Sequence record: PQ306574.1 | Strand: one strand, 5' to 3' | From: Escherichia phage vB_EcoM_PTE-Eco09 | Length of the DNA: 64,000 bases | In this document: piece after piece, positions 21,166-29,572 of the stretch | Layout of the letters: the number at the start of each line of letters is the position of its first letter | Numbering within the stretch: position 1 is the first letter of the stretch | Position numbers and translations under genes: made by a program | The notes under the pieces: generated by a model | The model's database searches: none | What the model saw: the letters and a program-made list of their open reading frames with translations, nothing else | What the model was told of the DNA's origin: nothing

Positions 21166-21638
21166 TGGGTAATTGCAACACATATAGGGGTAAATATAGA
21201 CCTGAAAACCCGGAGAAGTATAAAGGCGACCTGAAAAAAATCGTCTACAGGTCAAGTTGGGAATTACATATAATGAAATTTTTAGACCGCAATCCTAGAG
21301 TTGCAAAATGGGGATCTGAGACCGTAGTAATTCCTTATGAGTCATCAACAGACGGAAAAAGACACAGATACTTTATGGATTTTTACGTTAAGTTTGATGA
21401 TGGCAAGGAGCATTTATGGGAAGTTAAACCAGCTAAAGAGACAAGGCCACCGGAAAAGCCAAAAAGAATGACCGCAAAGACAAAGCAACGATATATGCAT
21501 GAAGTGTGGACGTACACAAAAAATACTGAAAAATGGTTAGCTGCCGTGAAATTATGCCAAAAGCATAACATGGAGTTTAAGATCATCACCGAACATGCAT
21601 TAAAGAAAGTGTTTGGCTTTAAAGGGCTTAACAAATAG
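21165..21638 (+). CDS. 4: Head completion protein (gp4-like), PD-(D/E)xK-like motif
   Basis: 157 aa (T4 gp4 about 150 aa); D..E.K motif (MDFYVKF..EHLWEVKP); position before gp2. Confidence 0.55.
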   Translation: MGNCNTYRGKYRPENPEKYKGDLKKIVYRSSWELHIMKFLDRNPRVAKWGSETVVIPYESSTDGKRHRYFMDFYVKFDDGKEHLWEVKPAKETRPPEKPKRMTAKTKQRYMHEVWTYTKNTEKWLAAVKLCQKHNMEFKIITEHALKKVFGFKGLNK

Positions 21639-21649
21639 AGGATAATATT

Positions 21650-22471
21650 ATGAGCGTATTTGAAATAATCACAGAAGACGAAAAGCCGTCTCCCCAAAAA
21701 CGAAAGTCTAAACAGTGGGTCGAATTGGGTGTAGAATTTGCGAAAGCAAAAGCCAAAGGAATGACAGCTAAAGCATTTGCAGATTCTAAGGGAATAGCCT
21801 ATGCGACTTTCACTAAAAGTATGTCTCGTTATGCAAGCGAAATTAAAACAGCAATAGAAGTTGAAAAACTAAAAGGGAAAGGCGCAAAGGGTCTCAATAA
21901 GCAGCAACGCGCAATGATGATGATTAATGATTTTCGTGCGTCTATGCGTGCTGTATCAAAGAGTCGTCCTAAAGAAAAATCACAGGAGTGGTTTATGAAG
22001 ACCATCAAGGATGGTGTAAAAGGTCATCAGGTAGTAAAACCACAAGTGGGACGGATCTATACTTATGCGTATAACCCAAAATATCGGGATTCTTTGCCAT
22101 TCTTTGACCGATACCCCTTGATTATCTGTCTAGGATTTGGTACATCTAAAGCGGGAAACGAGATTATGCTAGGTTTGAACTTGCACTATGCGCCACCTAA
22201 AGCTCGCCAGCAGTTCTTAGAAGCGTTGTTGCGACAATACGCGAGTACACCTACTCTTAGTAATAAAACTCGTTTAAAAATTAAATGGAGTGATGTTAAA
22301 GGTATGAGAGGCGCAGACCACATGATCAAAGCATATTTGCCTGGACACATCCAAACAAAACTGATTGAGATCGCACCAAAAGATTGGAGCACGGTTGTGT
22401 ATCTTCCGACCTACCAGTTTATGAGCAAAGACAAGAAATATGATGCTCGTAAGGTGTGGAAATTGTTTTAA
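21650..22471 (+). CDS. 2: DNA end protector protein (gp2-like)
   Basis: 273 aa (T4 gp2 274 aa); basic N-terminal region; called on size and synteny only. Confidence 0.5.
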   Translation: MSVFEIITEDEKPSPQKRKSKQWVELGVEFAKAKAKGMTAKAFADSKGIAYATFTKSMSRYASEIKTAIEVEKLKGKGAKGLNKQQRAMMMINDFRASMRAVSKSRPKEKSQEWFMKTIKDGVKGHQVVKPQVGRIYTYAYNPKYRDSLPFFDRYPLIICLGFGTSKAGNEIMLGLNLHYAPPKARQQFLEALLRQYASTPTLSNKTRLKIKWSDVKGMRGADHMIKAYLPGHIQTKLIEIAPKDWSTVVYLPTYQFMSKDKKYDARKVWKLF

Positions 22472-22527
22472 TGATTATAAAAATAGCGCCGCTGGTGACG
22501 GCGCTTTAATTTACAGGATATAAAAAT

Positions 22528-23670
22528 ATGACTAAAGAAAGAAAACCTAATTCAGTTCCTAGACCGTTCGGTGTATATCTAGAGAAGGTAAAAGAACATA
22601 TCCCATGTGGTTATGAATGGTATGGTCTAGTCGGAGAATACACCAACGCAAAGGATACTAGATTTAAGTTAAAATGTGATAAAGGACATACGTCAACTAT
22701 ATTTAGTTTAGATACTCTTAGACTGGGTGTAAAATGTCATGAATGCACTGGTCGCTTACGCTGGACCAAAGAAAGAATAGATGATGCATTAAAGACAATA
22801 TGCGGAAAATACACATTGATCGATATTCCTAAAGGATATACAGGTCAAATGACAGAATTACTAATGCATTGTCCTGATTGCAACAAAAACTTTACTAAGA
22901 AATTTATATATCTTTATCAAGGTCATGGTTGTCTCTGCGTTAAGGGTAAACGCTGGAATAGCGAAGAGTTGCTAACAGAGATGAGGAATAACCAAAAAGA
23001 CCACGAAGTCATTGGCTATGTGTCTGATTATAAAGATTTTTATGAAAGAAATATCTTAGTTAAATGCCCTAATGGACATGAATATACTGCATCCGGTCAC
23101 TCGTTTTTAGTTAATGGATCTAGATGTAAACTATGTTCAGGTAAAAACAAGAAGTCAACTGAGCAAGTAGTAAAGGAAATAACAGATAAGGCGATTGATA
23201 AAGGTGATACATTTGTTGATTTTGTTGGCGGTGAGTATAGAGGAATGCTAAAAACAAAATTGGTAATGCGTTGTAGTAGCGGACATGAATTTACGCCAAA
23301 CTTAGGAGACTACGTATCAAAAAATAGCGGTTGCCCTATGTGTAGCAATCATGGATTTAAGAGGAATAAACCTGCATACATTTATGTACAAACTTTATAC
23401 AAAGAAGATGTTGCGGTTGCTATAAAATTTGGTATAACCAACAACAGATTAATAAAAAGAATACAAAACCAATCTTCAAAATCTATATTTCGTCATGAGT
23501 TGACATTTTATAAAAAATACGATAACGGTGATGATGCTCTTTCTATGGAATGTGCAATAAAGAAAAAGTATAAAGGTTTCTATGTTAGTAAAGAAGATAT
23601 GCCCGATGGATATACAGAAACGCTATCCATATCAGAGCTACAAAACGTCATTGATATGATCAATAGTTAA
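22528..23670 (+). CDS. Zinc-ribbon repeat protein with C-terminal GIY-YIG-like (T5orf172-type) domain
   Basis: Four CxxGHE[FY]..G..CxxC repeats; C-terminal KPAYIYVQ..IKFGIT..R..E resembles a GIY-YIG/T5orf172 fold; splits the gp2-gp3 pair. Confidence 0.5.
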   Translation: MTKERKPNSVPRPFGVYLEKVKEHIPCGYEWYGLVGEYTNAKDTRFKLKCDKGHTSTIFSLDTLRLGVKCHECTGRLRWTKERIDDALKTICGKYTLIDIPKGYTGQMTELLMHCPDCNKNFTKKFIYLYQGHGCLCVKGKRWNSEELLTEMRNNQKDHEVIGYVSDYKDFYERNILVKCPNGHEYTASGHSFLVNGSRCKLCSGKNKKSTEQVVKEITDKAIDKGDTFVDFVGGEYRGMLKTKLVMRCSSGHEFTPNLGDYVSKNSGCPMCSNHGFKRNKPAYIYVQTLYKEDVAVAIKFGITNNRLIKRIQNQSSKSIFRHELTFYKKYDNGDDALSMECAIKKKYKGFYVSKEDMPDGYTETLSISELQNVIDMINS

Positions 23671-23674
23671 GATT

Positions 23675-23700
23675 AAGCCCGTCAATGACGGGCTTTTTTT
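23675..23700 (+). terminator. Rho-independent terminator
   Basis: AAGCCCGTCAATGACGGGCTT hairpin followed by TTTTTTT. Confidence 0.6.
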
Positions 23701-23701
23701 A

Positions 23702-23956
23702 TTATAGATCGATAGCATGAGCATAACCATGTAAGAAGTCTTTTAATTCTTCCTTATTGGTAACACGCTGTAAAATCTCTAATGCCTTGTCGCGATCACG
23801 TAATGCACCTGAAAGGGATTTTATTTGATCATCCCTTTCTGCAATCTGCTTAAGCAGATCTGTATTGCATTTAGACAAATAGAGAACTTCACCCCGCAAT
23901 GTTGCTAATTCGTTATCCAGACGATCATAGAGTTTTAACAAAATGTCTTCTGTCAT
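23702..23956 (-). CDS. Hypothetical coiled-coil protein, antisense to the surrounding plus-strand genes
   Basis: 84-aa ORF, ATG with GAGGA RBS; heptad-like Leu pattern; lone minus-strand gene in a plus block. Confidence 0.35.
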   Translation of the reverse strand: MTEDILLKLYDRLDNELATLRGEVLYLSKCNTDLLKQIAERDDQIKSLSGALRDRDKALEILQRVTNKEELKDFLHGYAHAIDL

Positions 23957-24145
23957 AAGAAGTCCTCGTATAGTACCCGTTTTATTTATTACTGTATAAA
24001 AATATAGTTATTGGTTAAAACATAACCAAAACGAAGAAAGATCTTTAGAATAATAAAAATTTGTTTCGGTTAAAAAGTAGTCAGTGCCTACGGCACGTCG
24101 CAAAGCGACAATTGTTAATAAATATTTTCATTTGAGGAATCAGTA

Positions 24146-24736
24146 ATGTCTAATCTCTTTAACTATGCTAACCCTAGCAACTGGCAGATTGCCATTCCAG
24201 ATGGTCAACTAACAAAAGGCTTTACTTTAAACTGTCAAGGTGTTACACTTCCGGCTATAACCATTCCACCGACTAAGCAAGTTGCTGGTCAATATGGTTT
24301 GGCGGTCGCTGATTATCCGTCTAGTCATGTGGAGTTTGACCCGTTGGTAGTCCGGTTTATCGTTGATGAGCATTTGGAAAGCTATCTAAACCTTTACACA
24401 TGGATGCTTTCTATAGTAGACTACAATAACGGTAACTCCACAGCGTGGAAGGATTCAATGCCGGAAGCCGTTCAAGTTCACATGATGGACAACGAACGAC
24501 GTAACATTGTGTGCACTTTTAACTTTTATGGTTGTTGGTGTTCACAATTGGGGGAACTTGAGTTAACATACACCGATGATATGCATGAATCTCTGGTGTG
24601 TACTGCAATTCTTCCCTTTAAAACAATGAGCATTGAACGTGATGGTCAACTGATCGTTCCTCGCCCAGCAATTCAGGCGGCGGATCGTCAGAGGGTGGAA
24701 GGTATTAAAGCTATGCACCCTGCTTTTAGAAAGTAA
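24146..24736 (+). CDS. 3: Tail completion / sheath stabilizer (gp3-like)
   Basis: 196 aa; GAGGA RBS; position between gp2 and gp1 as in the T4 order 4-2-3-1. Confidence 0.5.
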   Translation: MSNLFNYANPSNWQIAIPDGQLTKGFTLNCQGVTLPAITIPPTKQVAGQYGLAVADYPSSHVEFDPLVVRFIVDEHLESYLNLYTWMLSIVDYNNGNSTAWKDSMPEAVQVHMMDNERRNIVCTFNFYGCWCSQLGELELTYTDDMHESLVCTAILPFKTMSIERDGQLIVPRPAIQAADRQRVEGIKAMHPAFRK

Positions 24737-24751
24737 TAAGAGGCTTATATA

Positions 24752-25408
24752 ATGAAATTGATTGCACTTTGTGGTAAAAAGCGAGTAGGAAAAGACACTG
24801 CCGCGTTAATCATTGATGGACATAGTTATCAACTGGCAGCACCGATCAAAGAAATATTGTGCGAATGTCAACCAGACTTAGGTCTGACTTATCTTGACTT
24901 TGACGGGTTAGGGCGTGACAGAGAAGCCGATCTAGGTATTGATACCTATACCGCGCATAAGTGGTTTATTCAGTGTCTGCTTATGCTAGATTCGAAGTAT
25001 GGCGGTAGTTCCTTTACTTGTGATCGTCTGGCTGAGATTTACAAGGTCGTTAATGAGATTGGCGAAAAACATAATAACGTCTGGTCTATTCGTCTCATGT
25101 TAACCACTCTCGGTACTGATATAATGGTTAACTTGATCAATCCGCTTTATTGGTGTAATCTCTTCGTGAATGAGTTTATGAAGCGAAAAAATGAAGAAGG
25201 GTATTTTGTAGTGGTTGATGTGCGTCAGCCTATTGAAATTGCTCTTATGCGTGCTATGGGTGCTAAGGTGTTGCATATTCAGCGTGATACTGGTATTGTA
25301 TCGACTCACTCCACCGAAAAAGGAATTTTGCCTATTGACGGTGAAACCATTATCATAAATAATGGTACATTAGAAGAATTTGAAAGCGCGATTCTCGCGA
25401 ACATTTAA
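24752..25408 (+). CDS. 1: Deoxynucleoside monophosphate kinase (T4 gp1-like)
   Basis: MKLIALCGKKRVGKDT P-loop; LAAPIKE, TTLGTDIMVN, YWCNLF, AMGAKVLHI resemble T4 gp1. Confidence 0.85.
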   Translation: MKLIALCGKKRVGKDTAALIIDGHSYQLAAPIKEILCECQPDLGLTYLDFDGLGRDREADLGIDTYTAHKWFIQCLLMLDSKYGGSSFTCDRLAEIYKVVNEIGEKHNNVWSIRLMLTTLGTDIMVNLINPLYWCNLFVNEFMKRKNEEGYFVVVDVRQPIEIALMRAMGAKVLHIQRDTGIVSTHSTEKGILPIDGETIIINNGTLEEFESAILANI

Positions 25409-25440
25409 TAAAAAGTTATCAACAAATAGGAGATGTGAAT

Positions 25441-25701
25441 ATGTCCAATCAGCATGAACAAATGATTAATGTCCTGAAAGTACGTCTGTTTGACACTCAA
25501 GAAAAGGCCGCATTCTTAGAAGGCCAACTGAAAGATCGTGAGCGTGTATTGATGGAACTGGTACGCATTCTGGGTATTCAGCCAGACGAAAACGGGACTG
25601 TTTCCCTTGATGCTATTGTCGAAGAAGTGAAAGCACTTCTCCCTAAAGACGAAGCAGCGGAAGACGCAGAAGAGGAAGTAGAACTGATCACGGAGGCTTG
25701 A
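25441..25701 (+). CDS. 57A: Tail fiber assembly chaperone (gp57A-like)
   Basis: 86 aa, coiled-coil with acidic C-terminus; the track start is GTG, moved to ATG 25441 with TAGGAGA RBS; position after gp1. Confidence 0.5.
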   Translation: MSNQHEQMINVLKVRLFDTQEKAAFLEGQLKDRERVLMELVRILGIQPDENGTVSLDAIVEEVKALLPKDEAAEDAEEEVELITEA

Positions 25702-25703
25702 TT

Positions 25704-26168
25704 ATGACCCCGTTTAGAGAATCCGTTAAAGGTACATATGCGGCGGTTAAATTCACTGAGGATACACTAGACCGCATTGAAAAATTGCAGGAGTTCTACG
25801 ATCTGCCTAATGCCGTTCCTCGTGATAAACTGCATAGCACTATCTTATATTCTCGTGTCTATGTTCCGTTTATACCAGAAGAAGGTGAAAAGTTTTTAGG
25901 CTCTCTATGCCATCTGAAAGTGTTTGAAACTCAATCCGGTACTAATGCGCTTGTGTTGGCATTTGAAAGCGACTACATGCAATTCAGACACGATATAGGC
26001 ACTGCTTTAGGCGCGACGTGGGATTATCCTGAATATGTACCGCATATCACGCTTTCTTATGATGTTGGTGCGCGTAAATTTGGCACTGACCTAGAGTTCG
26101 ATTTAGAGATTGTCCGATCTCATGAGTATGTCGAAGATCTAGACCTGGAGTGGACGACCAAACTGTAA
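25704..26168 (+). CDS. 57B: 2H phosphoesterase-like protein (57B-like)
   Basis: Two H-x-T/S-x motifs (LHSTILYS and PHITLSY) typical of the 2H/LigT family; position after 57A. Confidence 0.55.
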   Translation: MTPFRESVKGTYAAVKFTEDTLDRIEKLQEFYDLPNAVPRDKLHSTILYSRVYVPFIPEEGEKFLGSLCHLKVFETQSGTNALVLAFESDYMQFRHDIGTALGATWDYPEYVPHITLSYDVGARKFGTDLEFDLEIVRSHEYVEDLDLEWTTKL

Positions 26169-26175
26169 TTCTATG

Positions 26176-26206
26176 CCCCGAAATTTTTTCGGGGTTTTTT
26201 GTTTTT
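26176..26206 (+). terminator. Rho-independent terminator
   Basis: CCCCGAAATTTTTTCGGGG hairpin followed by TTTTTTGTTTTT. Confidence 0.7.
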
Positions 26207-26211
26207 AGGTG

Positions 26212-26240
26212 TTGACAACCATAAACGACTATAGCATAAT
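26212..26240 (+). promoter_or_regulatory. Early promoter module (TTGACA-N17-CATAAT), conserved-leader type
   Basis: GGTGTTGACA, 17-bp spacer, TAGCATAAT, then conserved leader ATCGAAACGAAACAC..AGGAGAATCAAAATG. Confidence 0.65.
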
Positions 26241-26277
26241 GCACATATCGAAACGAAACACACTTAGGAGAATCAAA

Positions 26278-26655
26278 ATGATGATGATGTTTAAAGATAA
26301 ATTCGAATGTCACTACACCCGTAACTTTGACTTAGTATCCCGCTACTACATTCATAAAGAAACTGGCACGCAAGTAGTTCTTGAATCTCACAGCGAAGTA
26401 GGATTCGATTCAACAAAAGTAGCAATTAGTGCTCGCTTCTGGGATAACGGCAAATTTGCTTATATCGCTTGGAACGACGACGAAAATGTAATTACAGTAG
26501 CTTTCGGTGATGACTACTACACTAAAAAGACTTTCGATAGTAAGCCATCAAATGAATACCTGAAAGCGTATGTGCAGCACATGTTCCAACGTGTTCTGAC
26601 CGGAATGGAAATCAATGTCATGAAAGACATTGTAGACGAAGTAAAATTTTCTTAA
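26278..26655 (+). CDS. Hypothetical protein
   Basis: ORF trimmed to the first ATG after the promoter and AGGAGA RBS (the track N-terminus ran through the promoter). Confidence 0.55.
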   Translation: MMMMFKDKFECHYTRNFDLVSRYYIHKETGTQVVLESHSEVGFDSTKVAISARFWDNGKFAYIAWNDDENVITVAFGDDYYTKKTFDSKPSNEYLKAYVQHMFQRVLTGMEINVMKDIVDEVKFS

Positions 26656-26661
26656 AAACAG

Positions 26662-26690
26662 TTGACAACATGAAACGGGGGTAGTAAGAT
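26662..26690 (+). promoter_or_regulatory. Early promoter module with stem-loop over the -10 box
   Basis: TTGACA-N17-TAAGAT; inverted repeat GGGGGTA/TACCCCC (26677-26696) spans spacer and -10. Confidence 0.6.
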
Positions 26691-26721
26691 ACCCCCACAA
26701 ACAAACGAAAGGAGAATCAAG

Positions 26722-26880
26722 ATGAAATTTATCGGTAAAACTTTTATGTTCGTAGCTGGTACTCTGTTTACTGCAACTCTGTTAGCTGGTGGCTTAGATA
26801 TCTTTACTGCATTTGAAACTTTCGGGTATACTGTAGCATCGGGTGCTCTCTTCGGATTGGGTTTAGCGATTAGCAAATAA
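26722..26880 (+). CDS. Small hydrophobic protein (52 aa)
   Basis: ATG after AAGGAGA RBS; MKFIGKTFMFVAGTLFTATLLAGGLDIFT..; not in the ORF track (under 60 aa). Confidence 0.5.
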   Translation: MKFIGKTFMFVAGTLFTATLLAGGLDIFTAFETFGYTVASGALFGLGLAISK

Positions 26881-26889
26881 GGTGATAAT

Positions 26890-27084
26890 ATGGAATTGGA
26901 TATGGTTAAAGCAAAATTTATGGGTAAGGATAAGAGCGGTAAAACATTTGTTATTAATAGAACATTGTTTCGCTCTGACCTTAAGTGGGTAACACAACAA
27001 TTTGCGGAAGTCAACGAGGCAGTTGTGACATGCTTCGTTGATGATAAAAAAGTTTTTGAAATTGATCGTCGTGGGGGTGTCTAA
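26890..27084 (+). CDS. Hypothetical protein (64 aa)
   Basis: ATG with AAGGTGA RBS. Confidence 0.5.
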   Translation: MELDMVKAKFMGKDKSGKTFVINRTLFRSDLKWVTQQFAEVNEAVVTCFVDDKKVFEIDRRGGV

Positions 27085-27281
27085 TGATCACTAAACTGTT
27101 TAGCAATACTTTGTTTCTGATTGCATTTGTTTTCTTTCTGTGTCTGATGATCGGTGTTGTTACAGTAGGTAGCTATTCCGGTGTTACCTTAGATGATTTT
27201 TGCCAACTTGTTTTAGTCTCGTTTATACCTAGTATTCTGCTCGCTTTATGTGGTGCTTTCAGATGGCTCTGTGATCTATGA
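27084..27281 (+). CDS. Small membrane protein (65 aa)
   Basis: Hydrophobic N-terminal stretch, GGGGGTG RBS. Confidence 0.5.
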   Translation: MITKLFSNTLFLIAFVFFLCLMIGVVTVGSYSGVTLDDFCQLVLVSFIPSILLALCGAFRWLCDL

Positions 27282-27384
27282 ATGAACAGGAACGAATGAT
27301 GTTGATAGGTGGACCGGAGTTCACTAAATTTGATGCAATTCTTATTGCGTTGGGTTTTCTTATGATCTGTTGTATGGTGGCGCT

Positions 27385-27609
27385 ATGAGTAGCATAAAAT
27401 ATTTTGCTTTCTTGTGTTTTATGATGTTCTTTACATTCTTAGCATGTGTTTTCTTTACATGGCTTGCTCATGTTGATAATGCAACCGGACCGTTTTACTT
27501 CTTCTGTGTGTTGTCTGTGTTGACTGGTGCTCTTGTTACGTGGATGATTCGAGATTGTTACGTAATGTATAAGTTTGAAAAGACTCGACCGAAATGGGGC
27601 AAACGATGA
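27385..27609 (+). CDS. Small membrane protein (74 aa)
   Basis: ATG with GGTGG RBS (the track start at 27370 is TTG); two hydrophobic segments. Confidence 0.45.
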   Translation: MSSIKYFAFLCFMMFFTFLACVFFTWLAHVDNATGPFYFFCVLSVLTGALVTWMIRDCYVMYKFEKTRPKWGKR

Positions 27610-27788
27610 AATTATTTGCGTGGCTAATTATTTTAAATGTAATTGTTAAGACCGTTCTCGCTGGTTTACTGATGATACATAGCACGAAACCAGAAGAAGC
27701 ATTAACGTATTTTGTTGCTTATGTGCTGGGATTCTTGCTTACTGCGTGGATGTGTGATGAATATCGAAGAATTGAGGTAAAACCATGA
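27606..27788 (+). CDS. Small membrane protein (60 aa)
   Basis: ATGA start/stop overlap with the upstream ORF; hydrophobic. Confidence 0.45.
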   Translation: MKLFAWLIILNVIVKTVLAGLLMIHSTKPEEALTYFVAYVLGFLLTAWMCDEYRRIEVKP

Positions 27789-28003
27789 AAATGACTTTTT
27801 ATATCTTAGCAAGTATCATGCTTGTGATCTCTTCTGCACTATTTGCATTTCTTACCGTTTGGGGGATCTGTACTGATGCGAAGCCGTGGGATATCGTAGA
27901 AAATACGGTTATGTTCATTATCAGTGTCATGTGTCTTTTTGATGCGTTTAACTCTATCAAGGAAGAAGATCAAAAACGTCGCGAGAGAAAGCGATATAAA
28001 TAA
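27785..28003 (+). CDS. Small membrane protein (72 aa)
   Basis: GAGGTAA RBS; hydrophobic core and basic C-terminus (KRRERKRYK). Confidence 0.5.
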   Translation: MKMTFYILASIMLVISSALFAFLTVWGICTDAKPWDIVENTVMFIISVMCLFDAFNSIKEEDQKRRERKRYK

Positions 28004-28152
28004 TAGTGAACTAAAGACAGCGCGGTTAGAATGATTTGGACGTCACCTAGCCGCATTTATTACAGCGTATGGGGTGACCCGGTACGCTAAAGCATTCACT
28101 TGCTAGGCCGCTAGCAGGTTGGAGACAAGGAAGATTCGCTACCTTCCCTATA
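28004..28152 (+). ncRNA. Candidate structured non-coding RNA
   Basis: About 150 nt with no ORF on either strand and several inverted repeats (GTCACC/GGTGAC, CTAGGCCGCTAG, GGAAG..CTTCC), ending at the terminator at 28153. Confidence 0.25.
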
Positions 28153-28178
28153 AGCCACTCTTCGGAGTGGCTTTTTTA
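28153..28178 (+). terminator. Rho-independent terminator
   Basis: AGCCACTCTTCGGAGTGGCT hairpin followed by TTTTTT. Confidence 0.65.
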
Positions 28179-28204
28179 TTGCCTAAAATTTTTTAAAAAA
28201 GTTG

Positions 28205-28233
28205 TTGACACCAGATCACGCCTATAGCATAAT
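28205..28233 (+). promoter_or_regulatory. Early promoter module (TTGACA-N17-CATAAT), conserved-leader type
   Basis: GTTGTTGACA..TAGCATAAT..ATCGAAACGAAACAC leader. Confidence 0.65.
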
Positions 28234-28279
28234 ACACCCATCGAAACGAAACACACTTTCTTAAACGGAGAATCAAATT

Positions 28280-28465
28280 ATGGCACGTCGCATCACTAAA
28301 GCACTGAAAGCAGTAAGCAAAGAAAACGTAGTAGCTATTCTGGTCATCTGGGGTTATAACGAAGAATCCGCTAAACAGAAAGTTGAAGCAGGGTTTGAAC
28401 TGGCGGTAAAAGCAATGCCGAATGATGACTCTGTAGGACTGGCAAACTATATTGCATATTTCTGA
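28280..28465 (+). CDS. Hypothetical protein (61 aa)
   Basis: ATG after the promoter and ACGGAGAA RBS. Confidence 0.5.
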   Translation: MARRITKALKAVSKENVVAILVIWGYNEESAKQKVEAGFELAVKAMPNDDSVGLANYIAYF

Positions 28466-28473
28466 TAAAAGTG

Positions 28474-28502
28474 TTGACAGGGGAGGATAACTCCCCTACA
28501 AT
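28474..28502 (+). promoter_or_regulatory. Early promoter module with spacer stem-loop
   Basis: TTGACA-N17-TACAAT; spacer palindrome GGGGAGGATAACTCCCC. Confidence 0.55.
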
Positions 28503-28531
28503 ACAACCATCAACGAAACGGGAGGACCAAA

Positions 28532-28759
28532 ATGATTAACTTTAAAGACGCAGCAAAAGAAATTATCGACTTTGAGCGTGAAATGTTTGAGATGGAACCG
28601 CAGATGGGTAAAATGGAACTGGCTAACCAGATCTGGGCTACTAGACTGAATCCGGCTGATCGCTTAGAGATCATGAACATTGTAGGAGCAAGCGACATGA
28701 AAGGTAGTGCTATGGCTAAACTCCGTAAATGCACCGCATACATTGCAGAACAACTTTAA
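28532..28759 (+). CDS. Hypothetical protein (75 aa)
   Basis: ATG with GGGAGGA RBS. Confidence 0.5.
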   Translation: MINFKDAAKEIIDFEREMFEMEPQMGKMELANQIWATRLNPADRLEIMNIVGASDMKGSAMAKLRKCTAYIAEQL

Positions 28760-28771
28760 TTGGAGGGTGTT

Positions 28772-28960
28772 ATGGGAGAGAAACCATTAACGCAACTGAG
28801 AGTACGCTATTATCAGATCTTAGCATTGCTTAACGCTGAGGGCGTAGATCCATCGGACCGCGAGGCTGTAAAAGCGTGCTTATCTGATACGGTACAGCCA
28901 AAACAAAATTATGCTTGCTATATGTACTTTCAAAATCGTTTGAATAGTGTTAAGTGTTGA
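28772..28960 (+). CDS. Hypothetical protein (62 aa)
   Basis: ATG with GGAGGG RBS (the track start is TTG). Confidence 0.45.
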   Translation: MGEKPLTQLRVRYYQILALLNAEGVDPSDREAVKACLSDTVQPKQNYACYMYFQNRLNSVKC

Positions 28961-28969
28961 GGTGATACT

Positions 28970-29158
28970 ATGGAAGACCAAATTGAACAATTACGCGAAT
29001 CCGCTAAAGAGCATGGTATGAGCGAAGCGTTTGTAGAATGGTTTATCTCTAAAAAGGTTGATTCCTGCGGGTGCTTTAACTTCCTTACTATGTCCATTAT
29101 GTGGGAAGGTTGGAAAGGTGCTGTAGAAACTGCTCTAGAAATTATGAAAAAAGACTAA
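28970..29158 (+). CDS. Hypothetical protein (62 aa)
   Basis: ATG with GAGGTGA RBS. Confidence 0.5.
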   Translation: MEDQIEQLRESAKEHGMSEAFVEWFISKKVDSCGCFNFLTMSIMWEGWKGAVETALEIMKKD

Positions 29159-29166
29159 AAAAGTTG

Positions 29167-29195
29167 TTGACACGCGAGAGGGTGTATAGCATAAT
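29167..29195 (+). promoter_or_regulatory. Early promoter module (TTGACA-N17-CATAAT), conserved-leader type
   Basis: AGTTGTTGACA..TAGCATAAT..ATCGAAACGAAACAC. Confidence 0.65.
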
Positions 29196-29237
29196 ACACC
29201 CATCGAAACGAAACACGAACTACTAAGGAGTATCAAA

Positions 29238-29564
29238 ATGAAACCAGTATCTGTTAAAGTTATCTTCTCTGAATCTTCTGTATTCGCTAACGCAAACGAA
29301 GTATTCCACTTCGAAGACTTCGAGCGTAAAGCACAGGACGCGGCAGCAAAAGCCTATGAAAGCGAATATGACAAAACTCAAATCGAGGTTACTTTCGAAA
29401 ACGGCACTACTTACGCTTGCCGCCTTGACCTGGGTGATCGTCTGTCTGGCTTCCGTCACCATGTAGAGAAGACAATCGCTTTCTCTAAAACCGAAAAAGG
29501 AAAACACTACTTTTCTGTTTTCGGTACTGAAAATCTGGATTTCTTGAAAACTGTTTCTTTCTAA
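29238..29564 (+). CDS. Hypothetical protein (108 aa)
   Basis: ATG after the promoter and AAGGAG RBS. Confidence 0.55.
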   Translation: MKPVSVKVIFSESSVFANANEVFHFEDFERKAQDAAAKAYESEYDKTQIEVTFENGTTYACRLDLGDRLSGFRHHVEKTIAFSKTEKGKHYFSVFGTENLDFLKTVSF

Positions 29565-29572
29565 GGTATATT

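Noticed and set aside
26209-26277. N-terminal extensions of track ORFs running through promoter modules (26209, 35146, 41026, 44283, 48169, 53959) and TTG/GTG track starts (1375, 25435, 25698, 27370, 28760, 32859, 47374, 47677 and others)
   Set aside because: The extensions would translate the -35/-10 elements and conserved leader; in each case a downstream ATG with a Shine-Dalgarno sequence is the better start, so the CDS were trimmed
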